DNA of 40,319 bases from Anaerolineales bacterium (GTDB lineage: Bacteria > Chloroflexota > Anaerolineae > Anaerolineales > JABWBV01): positions 1-40,319 of the forward strand of contig JBFKII010000001.1 in the NCBI GenBank assembly GCA_041632295.1. The letters are read 5' to 3'. Below are positions 7,735-15,846 of the stretch, piece after piece (position 1 is the first letter of the stretch; each line of letters starts with the position of its first letter). Made by a program: the position numbers and the translations under genes. A model generated the notes under the pieces. It saw nothing but the letters and a program-made list of their open reading frames with translations. It was not told the origin of the DNA and did no database searches.

Positions 7735-10700
7735 TTATGGGGCGTTTCTTAAGCAGTCGATATTGCCGATCGAGGTCTGGTTGACCAGGCTGAACCTTCC
7801 GTTCTGCCAGATGTAGTCGAGATCGGTCTGGACGCAGTAGGAAAGTGTCGCGTTCAAGGTGAGTCGGGTGGTCCGCATTGTGAGCAGGCCATCCGCGTTA
7901 ATGGTGTCGATGCCGCCGTTCAATGCGCCGGCGGAGTTCAGAATAGGCTGCATCCTTCGGCCCGTCCACTGAAAGACACTCAGCCCGGCTTCCCTTCCGC
8001 CGCCTCCGTACCCGTTGATGGCGATCAGTACCTGGCATTCCCCAGGTGGTGAGAACAGGATCGGTTCGGTGAAATATTCCACATCGTGTTCCACGATCGA
8101 ATATCTCCAGACCTCGGCGTAAAACCCCGAATCCTGAACCGCACCGGACGTGAGCGCTTTGAGAAGAATTCCGAAGATCAAACGCTGGTCGTCCACGCTC
8201 TGGTTGGCCGGGATCAGCTGGATGATCTCGGGGACCCCGTCACAGTTGAGATCGGTCTGGGCGATGGTCTCCGGATCTGTTTCCAGCCTGACGAGCAGTT
8301 CCTGTCCGATAGAAAGCAGGCTGCAGTCATCAAGGCCGTTGATCGCCTCAATTTCGGCCACTGTCGTTCCGTAGCGGGCGGCGATGCTGCTGCAGGTGTC
8401 ACCGTCCATTACCAGGTAGCGCAGGGTGTTCTGATTGATCCCGCCGGCGATCACTGCGCTGGCGATCGGCTGGATAACCCTCTGCCAAAGCGATTCGAGG
8501 TCGGCAACTTCGCCTTGGCTGCCCACCTCGACCAAAAAGCCATCCTGTATCCACCGGAATCGAGTCCAGCCTGAGGGCATCCAGCGGAAAACACCATCAG
8601 GATCGATCGGCGCCTCAATCCACTCCCCCTGGACCAGCTCACCGAACGTGCCGCCGATTTCCACCGGCTTGATCACAGCCCGGGCCCCGATGTAGTCATC
8701 GATCATCGGCTGGTCGTGCAAGTCCTCAAGTGGCCGGATGTGCACCGCCACGCCTGCGGTGTCTTCTCCTCTGCGATTGAGTACATAAAAATACTGCTCC
8801 GATCCAATGCTGGTCGTCGAACTGCCGTAATAGCGGTAATCGAGCGGGATGTTCTGGAGCCATGGGTGGGCAGGTCGCAGCAGGATGGTGGTATCGCTGC
8901 GGCTGGGAGCTGTGATGGCTAGAAAATCACCTGACGGAATGCCGGTGATACGGTTGTCGAAAAGGTCAGTCTCGCGGCGAAAATAATGCAACGAGAGGGG
9001 AGAATCCTGACCGGAGAGGTTTTGCCAACGGTAAATGCTGCCATTGAAAGAACCGGTCAGCAGCTCGCCGTCGGGGGTCAGAGCCAGGCGGTTGGTGCCG
9101 AAATCGTCGTTGTTGACCAGCGGCAGGGAGGCGGGCAGACCGGTGCTCATTTCCCAGGTAAAGACCCCTCGGGCTGTCCCCGGCACGCCGGCCGCGCCAC
9201 CCACGGCGGAACTGCTCGCCAGGTAAGCGCCGTCCTCCAGCCAGGCGACGTCACTTACCCATGAAGGGTGCTCCAAGGTGTAGATCAGGGTGCCGCTGAG
9301 GACGTCGTTCGTGGACCGGACCAGGCCGATCACCTGCACGGTGCCGTCAAAACCGGCGACGGCCAGCCGCCTGCTGTTGGGGGAAAAAGCCAGTTCCGTG
9401 GTGTAGTGCTGGCCGGTGCGGAAGCGCCCTAAAAAACCAAAAGATTCCAGGTCCCAGACAACGATACTGCGATCGCGATCCGCCGCCGCCAGAGACCGTC
9501 CATCCGGGGAAATCGCCAATACCCGGATCCAATCCCAGGACAGATCCATCACCCGGACGATCGCGTCCACCCCGACCTCGTAAATCCAGACCCCGCGATT
9601 GCCTCCCGCTGCCAGTGTGCGCCCGTCGGGAGCAAACGCCAGACTGTGGACCGGGCCCGGAAAATCGTCGATAGAATAGCGCCCGGCCAGGTCCTCCAGT
9701 GACCAGATCCGGAGAACGCCATGCTCATTTCCGGAGGCAATCAGCTGTCGATCCCCTCCCGAAAATGCAAGCGTGGTGATCACCCCTTCCTGGGAGGCCA
9801 GGTGCGTCCGGATGTTCGCCTGCAGGTCGAGCAAGATGAGCTCCTCCTCAACACCGTACGCCGCGTAGCGGCCTTCCGGGGAGAATTCGATCCCGGTGGT
9901 TGGATTATCGGTCGTTTCCAACACTTCGGCCCGGGCCCAGACCGGAGCGGGGTTTTCGTTCAGAATGGAGATCAGGTTTTCGTAGCTCGTCTGGCGGATT
10001 TGCACCTCCAGCCGGCTGGCGGGAGCAGCGGTAGGCCGTACATGGACAGCGGGATTGGATGCCCACAACGGGGACAGGCCCTGAAATAAAAGCAGGAAAC
10101 CCACGACCACCGCGAGCATCCAGGCCAACTCTTTTAACGGCAGGCTGGCCGTGCGAATTCTTTCGTTTTCCGGGATGCCCATCTGGACGATCTCCCGGAT
10201 GCGTTTTTTCTCTTGCGGGTCCAGCGGGCGCTGCAAGGGTTGAAGCGCCTTATGAAGTTCCGAATCGAGCGCCTGCAGCGCCCGTTCCGCTTGCAGGCAG
10301 GCAGCGCATCCTTCCAGGTGGGCCTCCAGAACGGTACTTCGGGCAGGACCACCTATTTCCAACAATGAATGCAGTTCTTCCCACCGGTGAACTTTGGGGA
10401 GGGGTTCGTCGAGCAGGGCTTCGCGGGCGCGCTGCATGCGTTTCCGCACCTTGGCTTCGCTGGTTTTCAGCAGGGCGGCCATGTCCGTGACCGGAATTCC
10501 CTGGTTGTAATGCAGGAGCAAAGGCAGACGCAAGCGGTTGGGGAGCGCCTGGACCCGTTCCTCCAGCGAAGCCGCCCCCTGGGCACTGGCACGACCCGAT
10601 GAACGCCTGGTAACTTTCAGCAGTTCGGAGAGCAGCCAGGTGTGCAGGCTGTCAAAATGGTGTGCGTTGCGGGTGTTTCGGACGGCCTGGTGAAATGCCA

Positions 10701-10887
10701 ATCCGGTAAGGTCAACGGCTTCCCGTTCGCGGGCGGTGTCGGGCGGAACCAGGCCAAAGGCCAAACGAAAAACCGCTACTCCGTATTCACGGATCAGCGC
10801 GCGCAACACCTCCGGTTCCTGGGCCATGCCTTCCTGAATCAGGTAACCGAGTGTGGTGTTGTTTGCGCCGCTTTCGGAGCCTTCCAT
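7735..10887 (-). CDS. membrane-spanning fusion protein: ECF-like sigma-70 regions 2/4, ZAS-type anti-sigma motif, TM helix, 7-blade WD40 propeller, DUF4367-like segment, LysM and a C-terminal domain
   Basis: aa 25-160 are sigma-like (AVDLTGLAFHQAV...TWLLSELLKV; region-4 HTH IPVTDMAALLKTSEAKVRKRMQRAREAL). H190-x3-C194-x2-C197 (AHLEGCAAC) lies at nt 10297-10320. The TM helix is aa 254-272. Seven repeats of the LAFSPDGR..W type span nt ~9000-9900. LysM (YLVMDGDTCSSIAARYGTTVAEIEAINGL...IGQELLV) is at nt ~8284-8424. An alternative ATG lies at 10827. Confidence 0.7.
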   Translation of the reverse strand: MEGSESGANNTTLGYLIQEGMAQEPEVLRALIREYGVAVFRLAFGLVPPDTAREREAVDLTGLAFHQAVRNTRNAHHFDSLHTWLLSELLKVTRRSSGRASAQGAASLEERVQALPNRLRLPLLLHYNQGIPVTDMAALLKTSEAKVRKRMQRAREALLDEPLPKVHRWEELHSLLEIGGPARSTVLEAHLEGCAACLQAERALQALDSELHKALQPLQRPLDPQEKKRIREIVQMGIPENERIRTASLPLKELAWMLAVVVGFLLLFQGLSPLWASNPAVHVRPTAAPASRLEVQIRQTSYENLISILNENPAPVWARAEVLETTDNPTTGIEFSPEGRYAAYGVEEELILLDLQANIRTHLASQEGVITTLAFSGGDRQLIASGNEHGVLRIWSLEDLAGRYSIDDFPGPVHSLAFAPDGRTLAAGGNRGVWIYEVGVDAIVRVMDLSWDWIRVLAISPDGRSLAAADRDRSIVVWDLESFGFLGRFRTGQHYTTELAFSPNSRRLAVAGFDGTVQVIGLVRSTNDVLSGTLIYTLEHPSWVSDVAWLEDGAYLASSSAVGGAAGVPGTARGVFTWEMSTGLPASLPLVNNDDFGTNRLALTPDGELLTGSFNGSIYRWQNLSGQDSPLSLHYFRRETDLFDNRITGIPSGDFLAITAPSRSDTTILLRPAHPWLQNIPLDYRYYGSSTTSIGSEQYFYVLNRRGEDTAGVAVHIRPLEDLHDQPMIDDYIGARAVIKPVEIGGTFGELVQGEWIEAPIDPDGVFRWMPSGWTRFRWIQDGFLVEVGSQGEVADLESLWQRVIQPIASAVIAGGINQNTLRYLVMDGDTCSSIAARYGTTVAEIEAINGLDDCSLLSIGQELLVRLETDPETIAQTDLNCDGVPEIIQLIPANQSVDDQRLIFGILLKALTSGAVQDSGFYAEVWRYSIVEHDVEYFTEPILFSPPGECQVLIAINGYGGGGREAGLSVFQWTGRRMQPILNSAGALNGGIDTINADGLLTMRTTRLTLNATLSYCVQTDLDYIWQNGRFSLVNQTSIGNIDCLRNAP

Positions 10888-10933
10888 CGCTTTCGTATTG
10901 TATCGAAGATCGATGCTTCCCGCTCACCCGAGT

Positions 10934-12031
10934 TCAGGGGCCCCAGCGAGGCTGCCAATCGGAAATGGGGGAGTTGGTCAGGCGGGTGGTTCCGCTGCCG
11001 TCCGGGTGGGCGATGTAGATCTCATTGTTTCCATCCCGGAACGAGGTGAAAGCGATCCAGCTGCCATCCGGCGACCAGCTTGGCCCCAGGTTGTCCCCTC
11101 CGCGGGTCAGTTGGACCAGATTGCGGCCGTCCGCATCGATCACGTATACATTCCTGTCTGGCAGTGGACCGGCGTAAAATGCCAGGCGCCGCCCATCCGG
11201 GGCCCAGCTGCTGCGGCCTCCCATTTCCGGCAGATCCGTGAGCCGGCGTACATTGCCGCCGTCTGCGTCCATCACGTACAATTGCCGCAGCCCCTGCCGG
11301 GAGGAAGCAAAGGCGATCTGCGATCCATCGGGGGACCAGGTGGGATCGATATCGTCCCAAAACCCCGAGGTGATCGGCCGTGGATTGCCCCCATCTGAGT
11401 CCATCACCCAGATCGATTGGCTGCCCCCTGTGGCGTTGGCAAAAACGATCTTGTTCCCGTCGGGGGAAAATTCGGGGGCGAACAGGCTGCCGATCCCGGA
11501 GGTCAGACGTTTGGTTTTCCCGCTGGCGATCAAATACTGGTAAATCTCAAAATTTCCCGTCCGCCGGGAAGAGAACAGGATCCGGTCCCCATCCGGCCCG
11601 ATCGAAGCGTAGAAATTGGTCGCTTCGGCGTTGGTCAACTGGGCCCGGCCGCTGCCGTCCGCGGACATCAAACATATCTGGTCAAAACCCCCGATGTAGC
11701 AGGTGAAGGCGATCTTGCCCGCCGGGCTGGAATCGGACCAGATAGAGGGAAAAAGGGTCGGGGTCGGCAACGCCTGTTGTGGGCTGGCCGTTGGCGACGG
11801 GGTGGTTGTTTCTTGTGGGGTGGCTGAGGCCGGGACCGGGTCGGTTGGGGAACTGGCAGTTGTTTGCGGAGATGATTCGATTTCAGCGGGGGAGGGTTCG
11901 ACCGCTGTCGGGGCCCCGGATTCGGGATAGAGCATCAGGCCGACAAGCGCGGCGACCAGGGTGCAGAACCCCAGAAAGGCGCAGCCCAGGGCGGCCGCTG
12001 GGATCCGCTCCCTAGCGCTGATCTCCATCAC
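10934..12031 (-). CDS. membrane-anchored PD40 (TolB-like) beta-propeller protein
   Basis: N-terminal TM helix, a Pro/Thr/Ser-rich linker, then repeated PD40 motifs (FSPDGNKIVFA, WSPDGSQIAFAS, WAPDGRRLAF, WSPDGSWIAFTS). Confidence 0.8.
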   Translation of the reverse strand: MMEISARERIPAAALGCAFLGFCTLVAALVGLMLYPESGAPTAVEPSPAEIESSPQTTASSPTDPVPASATPQETTTPSPTASPQQALPTPTLFPSIWSDSSPAGKIAFTCYIGGFDQICLMSADGSGRAQLTNAEATNFYASIGPDGDRILFSSRRTGNFEIYQYLIASGKTKRLTSGIGSLFAPEFSPDGNKIVFANATGGSQSIWVMDSDGGNPRPITSGFWDDIDPTWSPDGSQIAFASSRQGLRQLYVMDADGGNVRRLTDLPEMGGRSSWAPDGRRLAFYAGPLPDRNVYVIDADGRNLVQLTRGGDNLGPSWSPDGSWIAFTSFRDGNNEIYIAHPDGSGTTRLTNSPISDWQPRWGP

Positions 12032-12350
12032 CCTGGATCTGCCCGCGTTCCAGCCGGTCGAACAGCTTGGTCAAATTGTATTCGGCGACATCCTCCAGGC
12101 TGAGATCCAGCTCGGTGCAGATCTGGGCCAGGTACCAGAGCACGTCACCCAGCTCGGATTTCAGCTGCTGCCGATCTGTTTCGTTGATGCGACCCTGCCG
12201 GTCGCGGAAGATTTTCTTGATCTTTCCGGCGACCTCGCCGGCTTCATTGACCAGCCCCATGGTGGGGTAAACGATCGGATGGTCCATCGGAATCAGGTTC
12301 CAGGTTTCACGGGATCGTGCCTGGTATTCGTTGAAATCAAAAGCTTTCAT
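12012..12350 (-). CDS. MazG-like nucleotide pyrophosphohydrolase domain protein
   Basis: 112 aa. LVNEAGEVAGKIKK ... ELGDVLWYLAQIC ... NLTKL is typical of the all-alpha NTP-PPase (MazG) fold. Confidence 0.75.
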   Translation of the reverse strand: MKAFDFNEYQARSRETWNLIPMDHPIVYPTMGLVNEAGEVAGKIKKIFRDRQGRINETDRQQLKSELGDVLWYLAQICTELDLSLEDVAEYNLTKLFDRLERGQIQGDGDQR

Positions 12351-12368
12351 GGGGAGCGCCTTGCCCGT

Positions 12369-13001
12369 TCAGGTGTAGGGCAAAATGGTGGCTTCGTCAC
12401 TGGCGACGATTTCAGCCTGCAGGGACCCGTGGGACAGTTCCTGCAGGTCCTCGCGGAACGCAGACGCCTTCTTTTGGGAAAGGCGGGCTGTGATCGTCAC
12501 ATCGGAGGTGAAGGATTCGTCCAGAATTACGCCGCCGAAAGACTCGACCAGCACACGGGCCCGCTCGAAAAAAGAATAGGGCATGGTGACGCGCAGCGTG
12601 TGCGTGGCGGTTTTCTGGGCCAGGGGCAGGCCGGAGAGCGCATCCTTGACCGCATCCCCGTAGGCTCGAACCAGCCCGCCCTTGCCGAGCTTCGTCCCGC
12701 CGAAATACCGGCTGACCACGGCGACGATATCCCCGATCCCGCTGCCGCGCAGGACCGCCAGCGCAGGCCGCCCGGCGGTGCCGGAGGGTTCGCCGTCATC
12801 ACCGCAATGCTCCACCACCGACCGGCCGTGGCCGATGATAAAAGCAGGGACGTTGTGGGAGGCGTCCTCAAATTCCTCTCGGATGCGGAGGATGAATGCC
12901 CGGGCCTCATCGGCGGTAAAGGCGGGTGCGATGCTGGTCAGGAAGCGCGAGTTGGCGACCGAGATTTCGGAACGGTGCTCGGAAGCTGGGATCAATTTCA
13001 T
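12369..13001 (-). CDS. YigZ/IMPACT-family protein (UPF0029)
   Basis: SRFLTSIAP..., DASHNVPAFIIG, DDGEPSGTAGRPAL and VVSRYFGGTKLGKGGLVRAY are hallmark YigZ motifs. Confidence 0.85.
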   Translation of the reverse strand: MKLIPASEHRSEISVANSRFLTSIAPAFTADEARAFILRIREEFEDASHNVPAFIIGHGRSVVEHCGDDGEPSGTAGRPALAVLRGSGIGDIVAVVSRYFGGTKLGKGGLVRAYGDAVKDALSGLPLAQKTATHTLRVTMPYSFFERARVLVESFGGVILDESFTSDVTITARLSQKKASAFREDLQELSHGSLQAEIVASDEATILPYT

Positions 13002-14341
13002 GAGCTTTCTGAGGCCTCCTCGTCCTGAGCGTTGCGTTTATTCAGATGGATAATGACGCTTTGTACTGCCAATCGCTCGGTCGACTCGACTTCAAAACGC
13101 ACCCCCTGCGCGTCCACCGTGTCATTGGACTGCGGGATCCGCCCTAAAAGTTCCATCACCAGCCCCCCGACCGTGTGTGCTTCGGTTTCTTCGAAGTCCA
13201 GTGCGTAATGCTGGGATAATTCATCCAGCAGCAGATCGCCGCGCACCCGCAGAACGTTGGCGCTGATCTCCTGGATCGGAAGAATTTCCTGGTCAAATTC
13301 ATCCTGAATTTCCCCGACCACTTCTTCCACCAGGTCTTCCATGGACAGCACCCCGGCTGTGCCGCCGAATTCGTCGATCACGATGGCGAGCTGGATGTTT
13401 TCCTTCTGCAGACGCAGGAGCATGCGGTCCAGAATCAGGTTCTCGGGGACAAAAGCCGCCGGGCGAAGGATAGATTTCAGATCCAGGGGACCGTTCTGCG
13501 AACTTCGTGCCCGGGCCAGGTCCTTGATATGGAGGATGCCGATGATGTGGTCGATGTCCTCATCGTAGACCGGGTAGCGCGATTTGCGCGTCTCGCAGAT
13601 CCGCCGCAGGATGGTCTTTTCGTCTGAACCGAGCGGGATTCCGTGGACCTGAGTGCGAGGGGTCATGATCTGCTCTACCGTCCGGTCCGAGAGATCGAAA
13701 ATATTTTCGATGAAAAGCTGTTCGGAGGAATCGAGCATGCCGCCTTCCAGGCTTTCTTCGACGATAAATTCCAGCTCCTCTGGTGTAAACAGCCGGTCGC
13801 TGCCCTGCGCGGGGGGGATTCCCATCAGCCGCACGATCCAGTCTCCCAGGTAGTTGAGTCCCCAGACAAAAGGAAAAAACAGGATTTCAAAGAATGCCAT
13901 CGGCCGTGCCAGGGCCAGCACGGTCGGTTCAGAGGACTGCAACGCCATGGATTTGGGGATCATTTCCCCGATCACGACGTGCAAGTAGGTCATCGATACG
14001 ACCGCAAGCACGGTTGCCAGGGTGTGAGCCAGCGCTTCGCTCCCGATGCCGGCGTTTTCCAGGAAGTGCAAGATCCAGTCAGCGATGACATGCTCGCCGT
14101 AGGAGCCCAGCCCCAGGGTGACGATCGTGATGCCGACCTGGGCGGTGGCGATGTAGCGGTTTTGAAGGACAGGCTCCAAAAGGATTTTCAGGGTGCGCTG
14201 GGCGGCCCCGTCGCCGCGGTCTGCGCTCTGGGCGATGCGTGTCCGCGGGGCAGAGACGATCGCAAATTCCGCCGCCACGAACAGGCCGTTGAAAAAGATC
14301 AGGGCCAGAATAATCCCGATCGGAATGACCACTTCCGTCAT
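12998..14341 (-). CDS. CNNM/HlyC/CorC-family transporter (DUF21 + CBS pair + CorC_HlyC)
   Basis: 447 aa. Four-TM DUF21 N-terminus (NGLFVAAEFAIVS), a CBS pair and a C-terminal CorC_HlyC-like domain. ATGA overlaps at both ends. Confidence 0.85.
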   Translation of the reverse strand: MTEVVIPIGIILALIFFNGLFVAAEFAIVSAPRTRIAQSADRGDGAAQRTLKILLEPVLQNRYIATAQVGITIVTLGLGSYGEHVIADWILHFLENAGIGSEALAHTLATVLAVVSMTYLHVVIGEMIPKSMALQSSEPTVLALARPMAFFEILFFPFVWGLNYLGDWIVRLMGIPPAQGSDRLFTPEELEFIVEESLEGGMLDSSEQLFIENIFDLSDRTVEQIMTPRTQVHGIPLGSDEKTILRRICETRKSRYPVYDEDIDHIIGILHIKDLARARSSQNGPLDLKSILRPAAFVPENLILDRMLLRLQKENIQLAIVIDEFGGTAGVLSMEDLVEEVVGEIQDEFDQEILPIQEISANVLRVRGDLLLDELSQHYALDFEETEAHTVGGLVMELLGRIPQSNDTVDAQGVRFEVESTERLAVQSVIIHLNKRNAQDEEASESS

Positions 14342-15669
14342 GGCTCCCCCTCCCGGATCTTGCGGATGTATTCCGGCTGCGCCGCCATGTGGACCGCGGT
14401 GATCCCGCGGCCGCGCATCTTGGCGACCTCGAATGTCTGCCGGTTGATTTGAATTTCCTCTCCCACTTTCGGGACATGGCCGATGGAATTGAGGACCAGC
14501 CCCCCGACCGTATCGACATCCTCCTCCGGAAGCTCCAGGTTAAACCATTGGTTCAGGTCAGATACCAGCGTGTCCCCGCGGATCCACAGCCGGTCTTCGG
14601 AGAGGATCCGGACGGAGGGAATGTAGGTGTCAAATTCGTCCTGTAATTCCCCGAAAATCTCCTCGATCAGGTCCTCCAGGGTAACCATTCCAGCCGTGCC
14701 ACCAAACTCATCCAGCACGATGGCGACCTGAAGGTGGCGCCTTTGCAGCAGGGAAAATACGGTCTTAATCGGGGTGGTCTCCGGGACGAAGGGGACCGGC
14801 TTGATGATCGTTTCAACGGAAGCCTGGGAATCGCCCCCCAGGCAGAGCAGGTCCTTGAGATGGACAACGCCGACGATATTGTCGATGTTGCCACGGAACA
14901 CGGGCAGGCGGGAATAGGGGGAGGCGACCAGTGCCGCCAGCAGCTCGCCCCGGCTGTGGTTTGCCGGAGAAGTGAGCATGTGAGGGCGTGGAATCATCAC
15001 CTCTCGCACTTTGGAATTGCGCATTTGCAGCGTGTTTTTCAGCAGGCGGCGCTCTTCCTTCCGCAGGAGCCCTCCCTTGCCGCTCTCATCGACCAGCATG
15101 ACGATTTCATCGGGCGAGTGGATATGGGCGTGTTCGGCGATGATTTCCCGGCCAAACAGCCGCATGATCAGCTGCCCGCTGCCGATGAAAAACCAGATCA
15201 GCGGCGTGAAGGCGATCATCGACCAGCGCATGGGCGCCGAAGTTGTCAGCGCCAGGCGTTCGGGGTATTGCAGCCCGATGTTTTTAGGGACAAGCTCCCC
15301 AATCAGGACCTGCAGTGCGGTCAGGAACAGCAGCATGGTCGTCGCGCTGATCGATTGTGCCGCAACCAACGAAAAGTTTCCCCACTCGGCAACCAGCGGG
15401 TACACCATGTCCGTCAGGCGCGGCTGCCCATAGAAACCGACCATCAGGCTGGTTGCCGTAATCCCCAACTGGCAGGTGGCCACATAGGCATCCAGCTTGA
15501 CCGGATCATCCACGATGTCCAGGATCCAGCCGGCCAATGTGCCGCCATTCTCTGCCATCTGGGTCAATCGGGCTTTCCGTGCGCTGACGGCCGAAAATTC
15601 TGCTGCCACGTAGAGCGAATTCAGCAGGATCAGGATCAGCAGAATCAGTGAAACGATAAACAGGTCCAT
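14338..15669 (-). CDS. CNNM/HlyC/CorC-family transporter (paralog of the downstream gene)
   Basis: 443 aa with the same architecture (NSLYVAAEFSAVS; CBS pair; CorC_HlyC-like C-terminus). Confidence 0.85.
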   Translation of the reverse strand: MDLFIVSLILLILILLNSLYVAAEFSAVSARKARLTQMAENGGTLAGWILDIVDDPVKLDAYVATCQLGITATSLMVGFYGQPRLTDMVYPLVAEWGNFSLVAAQSISATTMLLFLTALQVLIGELVPKNIGLQYPERLALTTSAPMRWSMIAFTPLIWFFIGSGQLIMRLFGREIIAEHAHIHSPDEIVMLVDESGKGGLLRKEERRLLKNTLQMRNSKVREVMIPRPHMLTSPANHSRGELLAALVASPYSRLPVFRGNIDNIVGVVHLKDLLCLGGDSQASVETIIKPVPFVPETTPIKTVFSLLQRRHLQVAIVLDEFGGTAGMVTLEDLIEEIFGELQDEFDTYIPSVRILSEDRLWIRGDTLVSDLNQWFNLELPEEDVDTVGGLVLNSIGHVPKVGEEIQINRQTFEVAKMRGRGITAVHMAAQPEYIRKIREGEP

Positions 15670-15825
15670 TCGATATGCCGGGAGGTCCGGCAGCAGGGTT
15701 TCTTTTCCTTTTCTCCGGGGCGTTCGTTACGCGCCGGGACGATCATACCTTAATCCACCCTGATCCGGCTGCTTTTCGATTTTATCCAGCAGCCGGACCG
15801 GCCGGGCGGGGAACCCGGAAGCGGG

Positions 15826-15845
15826 CTCCGCTGCGAAAAGCGGAG
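15826..15845 (-). terminator. GC-rich hairpin immediately after the kinase stop codon (possible terminator or attenuator; no U-tract)
   Basis: CTCCGCT-(6 nt)-AGCGGAG, a 7-bp stem, 1 nt from the TGA at 15847-15849. No T-run follows on the minus strand. Confidence 0.3.
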
Positions 15846-15846
15846 G

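Noticed and set aside
12012-13001. MazG-like plus YigZ as a possible toxin-antitoxin or defence pair.
   Set aside because: Both are widespread housekeeping-type families embedded in a long co-directional operon. There are no nuclease, toxin or other defence hallmarks.
15670-15846. 177-nt region upstream of the CNNM/CorC transporter pair as a possible Mg2+ (M-box) or other riboswitch.
   Set aside because: I could find no recognisable M-box-like conserved segments by eye. There are only two generic hairpins (15764-15797 and 15826-15845). A cmscan would be needed, so I make no call.
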